DNA of 64,000 nucleotides, from positions 1,411,318-1,475,317 of the forward strand of contig JAHPZH010000001.1 of the NCBI GenBank assembly GCA_019058315.1. Direction: 5' to 3'. Positions 49,662-59,739 of the stretch are shown here, one piece after another. The notes below the pieces were generated by a model that did not search any database, was not told the origin of the DNA, and saw only the letters and a program-made list of their open reading frames with translations. The stretch is from Candidatus Helarchaeota archaeon (GTDB taxonomy: Archaea; Asgardarchaeota; Lokiarchaeia; Helarchaeales; RDOG01). The translations under genes were made by a program, and so were the position numbers. Each line of letters opens with the position of its first letter. Position 1 is the stretch's first letter.

Positions 49662-50426
49662 TTGATTAATCACATTTGGATAATAAAGTCAACTGGACAA
49701 AATCTGTTCTATAAGAATTTCGGCACTTCATTCCGATTTGATGAAGATTTAATTTCAGGATTTTTTATGGCTCTTAATAATTTTGCGAAAGAGAGCGGTA
49801 AAGGAGCGATTGATAGTTTAATTCTAAAGGAAGCAAAATTTATATATATGAATTTTGGCTCCATCTTCGTTGTACTTGGTTGTGATAGAAAAGACCAAAT
49901 CGATGCAATGAAGGAGAGACTAAATATTATCGGAAGTTTGTTTATTAACACGTATGGTGACCTCGAAAATTGGGACGGGGAAGTTAGAAAGTTTCGTTCC
50001 TTCTCAGAGATTCTTGATGCACAATTAAAACCGGAATATACTCCAGTTACAATACCTGATCAATTATCAAGAGAAGAATTAATAATCCAAGAATATAAGG
50101 AAGTTAGTACTGAGTTTACGTGTGAAATTATTAAAAATGAAAAGTCAAACATAAATGTATTTTTATCTAGAAGTTTAGAAGAACATTTTATTGTCAATAT
50201 TAATTTTAAAGAGTTCCCTGAAAAACCAAAAATAAAATTTCCTAAAGAACTCAAAAAATTGCTAGGAAAACCCGATGATGCGTTGCTGACGTGTTCAAAT
50301 TGGAATCCCGAAAATCCTGCAAAAATTGTAGAAATTCTACGAGAATTGGAGCACCATTTAATTAAATCAACAAAGAAAGATACCTATTCGACACAATTAA
50401 TTGTCGATAAAAATCAACCATACTAA
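49662..50426 (+). CDS. Longin-like domain fused to a UEV/RWD (E2-like) domain
   Basis: N-terminal IWIIKSTGQNLF...DEDLISGFFMALNNFAKE; C-terminal NINFKEFPEKPKIKF...SNWNPENPAKIVEILRELE. Confidence 0.7.
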   Translation: MINHIWIIKSTGQNLFYKNFGTSFRFDEDLISGFFMALNNFAKESGKGAIDSLILKEAKFIYMNFGSIFVVLGCDRKDQIDAMKERLNIIGSLFINTYGDLENWDGEVRKFRSFSEILDAQLKPEYTPVTIPDQLSREELIIQEYKEVSTEFTCEIIKNEKSNINVFLSRSLEEHFIVNINFKEFPEKPKIKFPKELKKLLGKPDDALLTCSNWNPENPAKIVEILRELEHHLIKSTKKDTYSTQLIVDKNQPY

Positions 50427-50490
50427 TCAACTTTTCAATAATTAAGTAAATTTAGTTAAATCGTTTAAATAAAGATTTGAAGGTAAAAAA

Positions 50491-51714
50491 GTGCGAATTG
50501 GTTTTTTTACTGATACCTATCATCAAATAAATGGAGTAACTACTATAATTCATTCCCTTGAAAGACAATTACTAAAAGAAGGTCATGAGATATTTATTTT
50601 TGCTCCACGAGGAAAAGGAGATGAGAAGAAAGATAATTTATATACCTCCGAATCGATTAGATTTCTAATTTCTCCTGAATACAAATGGGCAATATTCCCA
50701 ATTTATACAATTTTAGATACAAATCAACTGAATTTGGATTTAATTCATATCCATTCACCAATTTCCATGGGGTTATCAGGGTTATTTAATGGAAAACGTT
50801 TAGGAATTCCAATAGTGGGTACAATTCACACTTTGATTCCTGAATTTTGGAAAGATTTTATATTAAAATTATTTCCATATATCTCTCCACCTATAATAGA
50901 TATAATTCTTAAACCAATCATCGAGCAGGCAGTAGATATTTCTTCCATTTTTATGGAGCATTTATCATGGCGTTATTTTGCTAGATTTTTTAATCAATGT
51001 AATGCAATAACTGCTCCCTCTACCTATGCTCAACAAAAATGTATTGAGAATGGAATTAATGCTCCAATAATTATTCCTAATGGTGTTGATTTCTCTAAAT
51101 TTCAACATTCAGATAGCTCTTACGACTTCTATAAAAGATGGGATATTGATCAATCAGATACTGTTTTTTTAAGTGTCGGTCGATTAAGTGAAGAAAAAAA
51201 TTTAGAAATAATGTTACATTCAGCAAAAGATATAATTAATAAATATGGGAACGAAAATATAAAATTTCTAATCATCGGTGATGGCCAACAAGCAACAAGG
51301 TTGAAAAATTTAACAGAAAGAATGAATATTCAAAATTCTGTTATTTTTGCTGGATATATCGAATATGCTGAGTTAGGATTATGTTATAAACATTCAGATT
51401 TGCTAATAATAACATCCCCCTATGAAACTTTTGGATTAACTGTTGTTGAGGCAATGCATTTTGGATGTCCTGTTGTAGGAGTAAACTCTGGTGGGATTAC
51501 AGATATAATTGAAGACAAAAAAAATGGACTGTATTTTGATGGAACTAGTAAAGATTTAACTGAAAAATTATCTTATACAATAAACAATCGAGATGAAATA
51601 AAGAGTTTTAGAAAAAATGCAGAAAAAACCTCAAAAAAATACGAGATTGTTAATTGTACAAATAAATTAATTCAATTATATGAAAAATTAATTAATAAAA
51701 ACAAAAATAAATAA
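50491..51714 (+). CDS. GT4 glycosyltransferase (monoglycosyl-lipid synthase-like)
   Basis: FTDTY..QINGV, HIHSP, IPNGVD, VGRLSEEKN, ETFGLTVVEAM. Confidence 0.92.
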   Translation: MRIGFFTDTYHQINGVTTIIHSLERQLLKEGHEIFIFAPRGKGDEKKDNLYTSESIRFLISPEYKWAIFPIYTILDTNQLNLDLIHIHSPISMGLSGLFNGKRLGIPIVGTIHTLIPEFWKDFILKLFPYISPPIIDIILKPIIEQAVDISSIFMEHLSWRYFARFFNQCNAITAPSTYAQQKCIENGINAPIIIPNGVDFSKFQHSDSSYDFYKRWDIDQSDTVFLSVGRLSEEKNLEIMLHSAKDIINKYGNENIKFLIIGDGQQATRLKNLTERMNIQNSVIFAGYIEYAELGLCYKHSDLLIITSPYETFGLTVVEAMHFGCPVVGVNSGGITDIIEDKKNGLYFDGTSKDLTEKLSYTINNRDEIKSFRKNAEKTSKKYEIVNCTNKLIQLYEKLINKNKNK

Positions 51715-51881
51715 GGGTTTCATATTTTATTTAACAAAAAATATTCTTAATTTGAATAAATTGTTCAATAAATTATCAAATATCAAACAATTCTTCTTTT
51801 TAAGATATAATTATAAATTTTATATCATAAGTTTCTTAATATTATAGATTTTGAAAATAGTGTTTTAATAGGTCATCAAGT

Positions 51882-52886
51882 ATGAAGAAAATCATTATTC
51901 TAAGTGGTAAGGGCGGAGTCGGGAAAACTACAATTTCAAGCGCAACTGCTGTTAGGATAGCTGATCTTGATCCAGATGCGAAAGTATTGATTGCGAGCTT
52001 CGATATTGCCCACAATCTCTCTGATATTTTTGGAGTTGAGATTGGTGATAAAATCACGCGTTTGCATCCTGATATGAATCTCTTTGGGATAGAACCAGAT
52101 CCTGAACATTATATTCATCTTTTTGTTGACCCAATCTTTAAATTGGCAAAACAGACCATATATGATTTGGTGGTGACGAGATTAAGTCCCACTATAAGAA
52201 AAATGGTAGATTCGATGTTGTTGGCTGAGAATATGCCTATGCAAGCTAAGACGGCAGCATTTTTTCAAATCTTTCTTAATGCAGGTGTAGAAGAATTCGA
52301 TTATATGATATCTGATTTTCCACCTACAGGTGCAACGATAAATCTATTTGAAGTACCAGTCTTTTTTATAGATAATCTCCTTAAAAATTTCATGGGCTAT
52401 AAATCTGCTATTGTTGTTGGGTATGAAGGTGTTCGACGACTTTTAAATCCAACAAAAATCTTAGATGGTAGAAGCCCTTTAAATGATATGTTTAGTGAAT
52501 TGAGAAAGATTCAAAAAGCTGGCGATACAGTTCATGCAATGCTTAAAAAACATCTATCTTTGCGGTTAGTTGCGATTCCAGAAAAAGCTGCTGTTAACGA
52601 AACCCTCAGAGCTCTTGTAGATTTAAGTAAATTCTACGATCCAAATTGTGTTTATATTAACAAAATAATATCTAAAGATGTCATTAAAGGTAATCCATTT
52701 TTAAAAGGGAAACGTGAAGAACAATTAACGAGAATTAAGGAATTGCAAGAAAAAGTTCCAAACAAAAAAATATTTGAAATAGAATTAAAGATGAATGAAC
52801 CAATTAATGTGGATGGGTTAAAGAATATAAGTAAAGATATTTACAAAAATTGTACTCTTGATGACGTTTTAAATCCATGTATTTAG
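51882..52886 (+). CDS. ArsA/GET3-family ATPase
   Basis: Deviant Walker A GKGGVGKTT, switch I SFDIAHNLSD, switch II DFPPTG, IPE, INK. Confidence 0.9.
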   Translation: MKKIIILSGKGGVGKTTISSATAVRIADLDPDAKVLIASFDIAHNLSDIFGVEIGDKITRLHPDMNLFGIEPDPEHYIHLFVDPIFKLAKQTIYDLVVTRLSPTIRKMVDSMLLAENMPMQAKTAAFFQIFLNAGVEEFDYMISDFPPTGATINLFEVPVFFIDNLLKNFMGYKSAIVVGYEGVRRLLNPTKILDGRSPLNDMFSELRKIQKAGDTVHAMLKKHLSLRLVAIPEKAAVNETLRALVDLSKFYDPNCVYINKIISKDVIKGNPFLKGKREEQLTRIKELQEKVPNKKIFEIELKMNEPINVDGLKNISKDIYKNCTLDDVLNPCI

Positions 52887-52896
52887 TGGGAATTTT

Positions 52897-53694
52897 ATGG
52901 CAGAATTTCTTAAACCGCTTCAGAGATATGGTTTTAGACATTTAGAAATTACCTATGTCAAAAAAATTTCAAAAATATATTTAATTACAAAGCCACGGTC
53001 TTTAGAAGATTTAATTCGAGGAGAGTTAGAACTTAGGACTGAAATTTATTTTGCGCTAGGTAGTGAATTAATTACTTATGGAATTGAGAAATTTCTTACT
53101 CTTTTAAGTGATTTACGAGGAGATGAAAGTCCACCAGAATTCACTTCCACTATAAAATACGATATTACTAGAATTGAACCCAAATACACAGAAGAAGAAG
53201 AGATCCAAGTTCAAGAACTGTATCAGGAGAAAGTAAATAAGCCAATTTCAAGAGTTGTGGATGCTATTGGGAATCGTATGAAAAAAGGAAGAGAGTTATT
53301 AGAAAATACAGATCAATTCACTAGAAAAGAGGGAAGAAAAGTCGCACAACATGAAATTATCCGTCGATTAAGAAAAACCAGTGAAGATTTTGGATTTGAT
53401 TTAGGAAGAATTACAAAGCGAACTGAAAGAGTACTTGACGCAATTATTAACATTGTAGGCGAAAAAGAGATAGAAGTTGTTCCGGAATACAGAGCTTTGA
53501 TTAAACCTAAATCTAAGAGGGAAATTAATCCTCAACTTGTAATTCATCAAACTGGGCATGATTTGAGGATATTGGGTGGGAGTCAGTTAACAACAGAACA
53601 AGAATTTGATGATGTTGATCCAGAACTCCTTAAAGATACTTTAAATTTCATGTTATTAACAAAAGAAAAAAAATATCCTCCTAAAACCAGTTGA
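52897..53694 (+). CDS. Hypothetical protein, probably co-transcribed with the ArsA/GET3 ATPase
   Basis: 265-aa ORF starting 10 bp after the ATPase stop. Confidence 0.8.
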   Translation: MAEFLKPLQRYGFRHLEITYVKKISKIYLITKPRSLEDLIRGELELRTEIYFALGSELITYGIEKFLTLLSDLRGDESPPEFTSTIKYDITRIEPKYTEEEEIQVQELYQEKVNKPISRVVDAIGNRMKKGRELLENTDQFTRKEGRKVAQHEIIRRLRKTSEDFGFDLGRITKRTERVLDAIINIVGEKEIEVVPEYRALIKPKSKREINPQLVIHQTGHDLRILGGSQLTTEQEFDDVDPELLKDTLNFMLLTKEKKYPPKTS

Positions 53695-53712
53695 ATTTTT
53701 AACAAGTATTTT

Positions 53713-54237
53713 TTATTTTAATGGATAACCATGCTTTCCAAGCAAATGCCCAATTTCGTGAACTGCTGCATAATCGATTATTTCCTGTTGCAGTCGCTCA
53801 TTTAAAGTAGTAATAAAGCAAATCCCATACAGAATATAACTTGTGCCTAATATCGGAAAAATCGTCTGTAAAATTCTAGTCGATAAAAAGGGAAATGGAG
53901 TAATTCCATATTTAGTAATAAACAATAATGCCGTATCTTTTGGTCTTTCAATTTTGTCATTGACTATCCTCGCGGCATCAGTGGTGATAATGAAATTACC
54001 ACGTCTTATATTTTTGGGTATTTCAATAATTTCTGGCATAATTTTTGATTTTATTTCAAAATCATTCCAGATTTTTTCTTTAATAGAATTCAAAATATTT
54101 GGATCTTTTTCTTCCAATTGATAAATCCTAATTTCATCTAGTTTATCACGATATCTAAGTTTTATACCGGTTATAACTCTGAATAGACGACTTAAAGCGT
54201 ATTCCGAGAAATTATATAAAAAATTGTTAAAAGACAT
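53713..54237 (-). CDS. Archaemetzincin-like Zn metalloprotease (short)
   Basis: AVHEIGHLLGKH near the C-terminus. Confidence 0.6.
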   Translation of the reverse strand: MSFNNFLYNFSEYALSRLFRVITGIKLRYRDKLDEIRIYQLEEKDPNILNSIKEKIWNDFEIKSKIMPEIIEIPKNIRRGNFIITTDAARIVNDKIERPKDTALLFITKYGITPFPFLSTRILQTIFPILGTSYILYGICFITTLNERLQQEIIDYAAVHEIGHLLGKHGYPLK

Positions 54238-54251
54238 TATGATTACTAGTT

Positions 54252-55421
54252 TTATTTATAAAATTCAGTATTTCTGCCAATTCCTGACGAAATTAGATGT
54301 TTTTCTTTATCAAATGTTCCAGTTTGGGTTTCATGGTCAATATCGAAAAAATAACCTTTGTGTATGTCTTCATAATCAATTTTAAGCTCTTCTAACGATA
54401 TCCAAGTGCCATCTCCATATTTGAAGTCAAATTTTTCTTCATCATATGTTTTCTTTTTACGAAAATTCGGAAGTTGACATTTCAAAGTCTGAATTGGATA
54501 GGGGATTCCATTATTTTCTAAGTTCATTTTAAACCCGACATCATAGATTTCCGAAAATTTTTCTTTGAAAATAGCTATATATTCGTCTTCAATATGCTGG
54601 AAATATAATCTTCCATGACTCATGAGATTTGAAGTCATTAAAGTAAACCTTTCTCTTCCAGCATACACCATTGTATTTATAATTGGAGGCATTGGAACAT
54701 AAATGAACCAATAATCCGGCAAATTAAATAATGTCTTAGTAGATATACCATCAAAGAGCCCAGCTAATCCCTCATATGAACTGATAGAAAATATTAAATT
54801 ATCCGTTGAACTGCCCCATGCAATTCCAACTTGATACATTGAAGTACTCCATTGAGGAGTTCGTTCATTTCGAACATCACGTAATAACTCTAGAAATTTA
54901 CTTCCTGCATCAGAAAAGTTCTTTGTTCTTTTTGGAATATCTTTCAATTGTACTCCAAGTTTTAAATGTCTACGATTTAATAATTCGTCATCTGGACCTA
55001 CCATCCACCAGTCTACAGGTATGCCATCCTCTAAATGACCATTTATCATAAATATTACTTCTTCAGTGTCATCGCGACAGACTATGTAAGTACAATCTAC
55101 ACTCTCGCCGTAGTATAATTTCATGCTACCTTGTTGCAGATCAGATCTAATGAAACCTCCAGGAGGGAATAATGTATCTGCCATGACTTTTTCCGGGTCC
55201 TTGATTCTGCCCTCCATTATTCCTTTAGCAGTATAAATTGCCTCATCTAATCGAAGCTTTGCTAGTGGATAGCTTATTTCATTAATAACTGGTTCAATTT
55301 GACTTTCTAAATATTCATAACCGAGATTTGTATAAAGTCGCCACATGTGTCTACCAATTGGATAGAATTTTTTTGTTCTCACATCATCCGGTATGTCTCC
55401 ATATGTATAAGACAACCTCAT
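54252..55421 (-). CDS. Uncharacterised protein, paralogue of 48301-49479
   Basis: Same motif set; GTGAGG SD. Confidence 0.85.
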   Translation of the reverse strand: MRLSYTYGDIPDDVRTKKFYPIGRHMWRLYTNLGYEYLESQIEPVINEISYPLAKLRLDEAIYTAKGIMEGRIKDPEKVMADTLFPPGGFIRSDLQQGSMKLYYGESVDCTYIVCRDDTEEVIFMINGHLEDGIPVDWWMVGPDDELLNRRHLKLGVQLKDIPKRTKNFSDAGSKFLELLRDVRNERTPQWSTSMYQVGIAWGSSTDNLIFSISSYEGLAGLFDGISTKTLFNLPDYWFIYVPMPPIINTMVYAGRERFTLMTSNLMSHGRLYFQHIEDEYIAIFKEKFSEIYDVGFKMNLENNGIPYPIQTLKCQLPNFRKKKTYDEEKFDFKYGDGTWISLEELKIDYEDIHKGYFFDIDHETQTGTFDKEKHLISSGIGRNTEFYK

Positions 55422-55718
55422 ACCTCACTTTAAGTTCTTCATTTCTTTTTTTTCGTTCAATAATCAATAATAAAAATAATTCTTATTGATATCTACTTAA
55501 TAATTCTTCCATTTCTAAAAAATTTATTGATATCTTTCCCAAAAAAATAATTAAAAAAATTAAAAATTTCTAAAAATATTTTATAATTATAAAATTTTAG
55601 AACTATAAAATGAAAATATGAGTATTTTTTATTAAATTCATTCTTTAACTAATAGTTTTTACCTACGACGAAACACTTTTTAACTAGGATTAATTCTTAT
55701 TACTCCAAATACATTAAT

Positions 55719-56432
55719 TTGATGTTTAAATATAGAAAAAAGAGTATTTATGTCGGAAGAAAAAAAATGACTGAAGATTCAATGACTGACTTGGAACGGG
55801 CAAAAAAGTTAGTGAGAGATACATATCGCGAAGAGATTAAACTGGGCTTAAGACATATCAGTAAAATTATTCAAAAGGAAACTTTCGGGCTTGGAAGTCC
55901 AATTGATTTAGCTTTTAAGCTAGGTATTGCTCCTGATATTCGAAAAAATGTCCATAAACAAATTGATCTAATACTTGATAATGCAATCGAATTAGATTCT
56001 GATGATGAAATTGAGATATTAACAAATGGTAACTTTGACAACTATATGAAATACGATTTAACAATTTCCTATTTGCGAAAAAGACATAAGGCATTTAATG
56101 AGATTAAAAATATTGTTAAAGAGATTTTTAAACATAGAATTATTGTTGCACATCAATTATTAAATGCTTATAAGAAGGGCAATTTTGTCACCTACGAGGA
56201 ACTTGCTAGATTGGCTTTACCTAATCGTGAAGAGGCAGAAGAAGCTCTAAATAATGAAATTGACCTTTCAAATAAGGTTATTAGTATAGTCAAAAATAAT
56301 CCTGATATCATTTTTGCTCCCGTCATTCTTCAAGATTTTGGGTTAATTATAGTAGAACAATTGTTGAATTACGGAAATAATAGAAAGAAATCAAATTTGG
56401 ATAAAATTTATGATAATAATGGAGGCAATTAA
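55719..56432 (+). CDS. Hypothetical all-helical protein (start may be ATG 55768)
   Basis: Similar to the next ORF (EE..LG, KxH...E, TYEE.xR.A). Confidence 0.75.
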   Translation: MMFKYRKKSIYVGRKKMTEDSMTDLERAKKLVRDTYREEIKLGLRHISKIIQKETFGLGSPIDLAFKLGIAPDIRKNVHKQIDLILDNAIELDSDDEIEILTNGNFDNYMKYDLTISYLRKRHKAFNEIKNIVKEIFKHRIIVAHQLLNAYKKGNFVTYEELARLALPNREEAEEALNNEIDLSNKVISIVKNNPDIIFAPVILQDFGLIIVEQLLNYGNNRKKSNLDKIYDNNGGN

Positions 56433-57086
56433 ATGGAAATGGATAAGAAACGGGATTTAATTTTAGAGAAATTTATGGAAGAGTTTGATATTGGAATGAA
56501 ATATATGAAAGATCAAGTTCGTCATAATTTATATGATGGTCTTACAGGTTGGTTATTAAATCCCATCGCTAGTTGGCTTTATAAAATATTTGTTGCTCCA
56601 TCTATTCGAGATCATGCTTTAGACAACTTTAATACACTGCTTGAATGTGCGCAAGAGTTTAATGGGAATGAAGTCTGCATGGATTCAGCTATTAAAATTA
56701 TCGAAGAAAGATTTGATGAACTTACAGAAAATGATCCGTCTTATCAAAGATTTGACAAGAAGCACGAGAAAGCGGAAGAAATGATTCAATTAATAAAAGA
56801 GGGATTTGCTCAGCAACTTTTATTGACGAAAAAGCTGATAGATAGTCCTGGTGAAACTTATGAAGAAATTATTAGAAATGCATTTAAAACTCGTAATACT
56901 TTTATGCAATTTACCGATGAACAACTCGAAAATACTCTAAGAGGGCTAAATCTTCTTGTGACCGAAAATAAGCTTCTTAAAGTCCCAAGTCTCATCAAAA
57001 AACAAACCCAGCGTCTCCTTAGGAAGGGTTATGATTATACTGTCGAACGGGCTTACATTCAAGTGGATGAAATCTTCCCAAAATAA
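56433..57086 (+). CDS. Hypothetical all-helical protein, tandem paralogue
   Basis: Abuts the previous ORF; GGAGG SD; shared motifs. Confidence 0.8.
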   Translation: MEMDKKRDLILEKFMEEFDIGMKYMKDQVRHNLYDGLTGWLLNPIASWLYKIFVAPSIRDHALDNFNTLLECAQEFNGNEVCMDSAIKIIEERFDELTENDPSYQRFDKKHEKAEEMIQLIKEGFAQQLLLTKKLIDSPGETYEEIIRNAFKTRNTFMQFTDEQLENTLRGLNLLVTENKLLKVPSLIKKQTQRLLRKGYDYTVERAYIQVDEIFPK

Positions 57087-57329
57087 ATTTGAATTAAAAA
57101 AATCTAATATTTCCTTAATTTTTTATTTTTAGAATATTTTTTTTCTTTTATTAGTTTTATTTTCTAAATTGACTAACTAAATTGAATTTGACTTTGAAAT
57201 TTTTAATAAAACCTTACCTTATTCCTTTTTGACGAACTAAATGTTTATATTTCATGATCTAGATCTAATATAACAATTTTCAATTTGTTGTGAATTTTAA
57301 TTAGTGAATTTTTCTTGGTGAATTAAAAA

Positions 57330-57506
57330 ATGGGCGAAGAAGAAGAAATGCCTTCGGAAGAAGAAATTAAGAAACAAATTGATGAAGCCATGAAGATAGC
57401 TGAGAAGAAACGCAAAGAACAAGCATCTAAAGTAGGAAACCTTAATGAATCTGAATATGGTGATTTAGAAAAACATCTTGACGAAAAAGCTAAAAAATCG
57501 GCTTAA
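57330..57506 (+). CDS. 58-aa charged helical protein (not in ORF track)
   Basis: GGTGA SD; MGEEEEMPSEEEIKKQIDEAMKIAEKKRKEQASKVGNLNESEYGDLEKHLDEKAKKSA*; T-tract after the stop. Confidence 0.7.
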   Translation: MGEEEEMPSEEEIKKQIDEAMKIAEKKRKEQASKVGNLNESEYGDLEKHLDEKAKKSA

Positions 57507-57619
57507 TTAATTATATTTTTTCTCTTTCTTTTTTAAAAAGTAATTTGTATAGCTTTCTTTTGTATTTGAGAGAATTTTAATTTAAAAAAAGAATTAGATA
57601 GAAAGTATTAATCTTCATT

Positions 57620-58885
57620 TTATTTTCTTGCTGTCATTTCATATATTGCAATAATTGCGAAAAATACGACTACACCGCCGATTATAACCCAATATACCCA
57701 ATTTACTTGGGGTTTGGGTATTAAGTATTCCCCAAACATTATTAAGAAAGCTTGCAATATTTGAGCATCATAATATTTGTGGTACCAAGAGTTATAATCC
57801 CAATTATTTGCGACTATACGTACCAAACCATTTCCATAATAATCATCACGACCGGGTGCACCGAGATCTTTAATTCTGGAAGTTGAATTTAGTTCATTTA
57901 TAATATCTGCTGGATTAGTACCATTTCCTAATAATAACGCAACGACCCCTGCAGCCATTGGGGTAGCCATTGAAGTCCCTGCAGCGTATGCATATCCATC
58001 ATTCCGCCAAGTTGATAATATCCCGACAAATACCATTCCGAAGAAGTGCCAATCCCCACCAGGAGCCGCAAAATCAACTTGTGAACCGTAGTTAGAATAA
58101 CTAGCTTTTTCTTGAAGAACACTAATTGCTGCGATTCCTAAAACATTTGGTAATCTTGCAGGATATAATACTTCTCCGTTTTCATTTCCTGTTGCAGCTA
58201 GTACAATAATATCTTCTGCTACTGCTGCGTTAATAGCGTCCTCTAACGCTCCAGGATAAAGATCATCAGATAATGAACTAGCTCCGAGAGACATACTAAT
58301 AATATCAACACCATGGGTTTGATTATTTTTAGGGCTATAATTTGCTACAATCCAATTAATAGCTTTTGTTACATCGTATACATGTCCTGAACCATCCTCG
58401 TCAAGCACCCTAAATGGTATAATTTTCGCACCTGGAGCTATACCAGAAACTCCAACACTGTTATTAGCAATAGCCGCGACAATTCCGGCACAATGAGTTC
58501 CATGACCATTTTCATCATCAGGTGGAGTACCTGGATCCACAAAGTCCCAACCAGTATTATTAAGAATATTAGCTTTCAAATCCTCATGATCCAAATCCAC
58601 TCCAGTATCTATTATAGCAACCACAATTGGATGGCTCGCATTACTACTATTAGTACCATCTACATCCATTGAATGAGCAATATCTGCACCAACAGTATAA
58701 AGTCCCCATTCCATTCCTATAAGAGGATCGTCATAAGTGGCATTACTTGTTGAGAGAACTGTATCCACTGGTTTTTCTAATATTGTTAGATTATAGGAAG
58801 AATTTGATACGGATATACTGATTGTGTATATACATACTATCATACACATTAAAAATAGAACTTTCAATTTTTTCATTGTGTCCAC
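57620..58885 (-). CDS. Subtilisin-family (S8) serine protease with signal peptide and C-terminal TM anchor
   Basis: IIDTGVD, GHGTHCAG, GTSMATP catalytic triad motifs. Confidence 0.95.
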   Translation of the reverse strand: MDTMKKLKVLFLMCMIVCIYTISISVSNSSYNLTILEKPVDTVLSTSNATYDDPLIGMEWGLYTVGADIAHSMDVDGTNSSNASHPIVVAIIDTGVDLDHEDLKANILNNTGWDFVDPGTPPDDENGHGTHCAGIVAAIANNSVGVSGIAPGAKIIPFRVLDEDGSGHVYDVTKAINWIVANYSPKNNQTHGVDIISMSLGASSLSDDLYPGALEDAINAAVAEDIIVLAATGNENGEVLYPARLPNVLGIAAISVLQEKASYSNYGSQVDFAAPGGDWHFFGMVFVGILSTWRNDGYAYAAGTSMATPMAAGVVALLLGNGTNPADIINELNSTSRIKDLGAPGRDDYYGNGLVRIVANNWDYNSWYHKYYDAQILQAFLIMFGEYLIPKPQVNWVYWVIIGGVVVFFAIIAIYEMTARK

Positions 58886-59163
58886 TTAGTGAAAATCTTG
58901 TTAAAATTTGATAAAATTATCTTTAATGTAAATAAAGGATATATTATATATTTACCTTATTTTTTAGGAATGAATAAATTATCCTAATTAAGACAATTAT
59001 AAATAGCAAAATTTAAGAATTCAAATAAAATACTAGTTTTCAACCATTAAGTAAAATTTCTTTGAAATACTCAAAGAAAATAACCATAACATATTTTTAA
59101 ACAAAATTAGAAGTGTTTTGGTCGAGAATTTCAAAGAAAAATTTATAAGAAGGTGAATTTTTT

Positions 59164-59739
59164 ATGGAAGATCTTAAAAAAATGGTAAAAGGACTTGAAG
59201 GCGCAGATGCTGCTAAATTAAAAGAAGATATACCAAAAATAATGGCAAAAATTAAAGAAGTTGGTTTCATTAAAGTAGTACAGGATGAAGAACTCAAAGA
59301 ATTTATGCCTAAAATGAGAGAACAAATGGCTAATGTTGATATAGAAGAACTCGTTCCCCTAGCTAAAGTGGTTATGCCAACCTTTTTTGAAGGAATGGCA
59401 GAATTAATTGCTGCCTCTGAAGATGCACAAGAAGAACTGGAAGATATGGATGACATGGCAATGCAAATGCAAGTTCCAGATTTAGATGTCTATATGTACA
59501 TGAAAATTGCTGATGGAAAATTCTCTGCTGGAGCAGGAAAGACTGATGATCCTGATTTAACAATAACAATAAACAAAGATACCTTTTTGAAACAGATGCA
59601 AGGCGAAAGCGACATGATGAGTGCATACATGTCGGGAGAAATCAAAATGGAGGGAGAAATGGCAAAAGCGATGGCATTACGACCTCTTTTTGAAGTCTTA
59701 GCTGATGAATACGGTTTTGAAGCAGGTTTGGGCGGATAA
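59164..59739 (+). CDS. SCP2 sterol/lipid-binding domain protein with helical N-terminal extension
   Basis: DPDLTITI...F...MQGESDMMSAYMSGEIKMEGEM. Confidence 0.88.
   Translation: MEDLKKMVKGLEGADAAKLKEDIPKIMAKIKEVGFIKVVQDEELKEFMPKMREQMANVDIEELVPLAKVVMPTFFEGMAELIAASEDAQEELEDMDDMAMQMQVPDLDVYMYMKIADGKFSAGAGKTDDPDLTITINKDTFLKQMQGESDMMSAYMSGEIKMEGEMAKAMALRPLFEVLADEYGFEAGLGG

Noticed and set aside
52897-53110. Faint GvpA/J-like pattern (SLEDL...ALGSELI) in the ArsA partner
   Set aside because: Similarity is too weak by eye and no other gvp genes are present; it would need a profile search.
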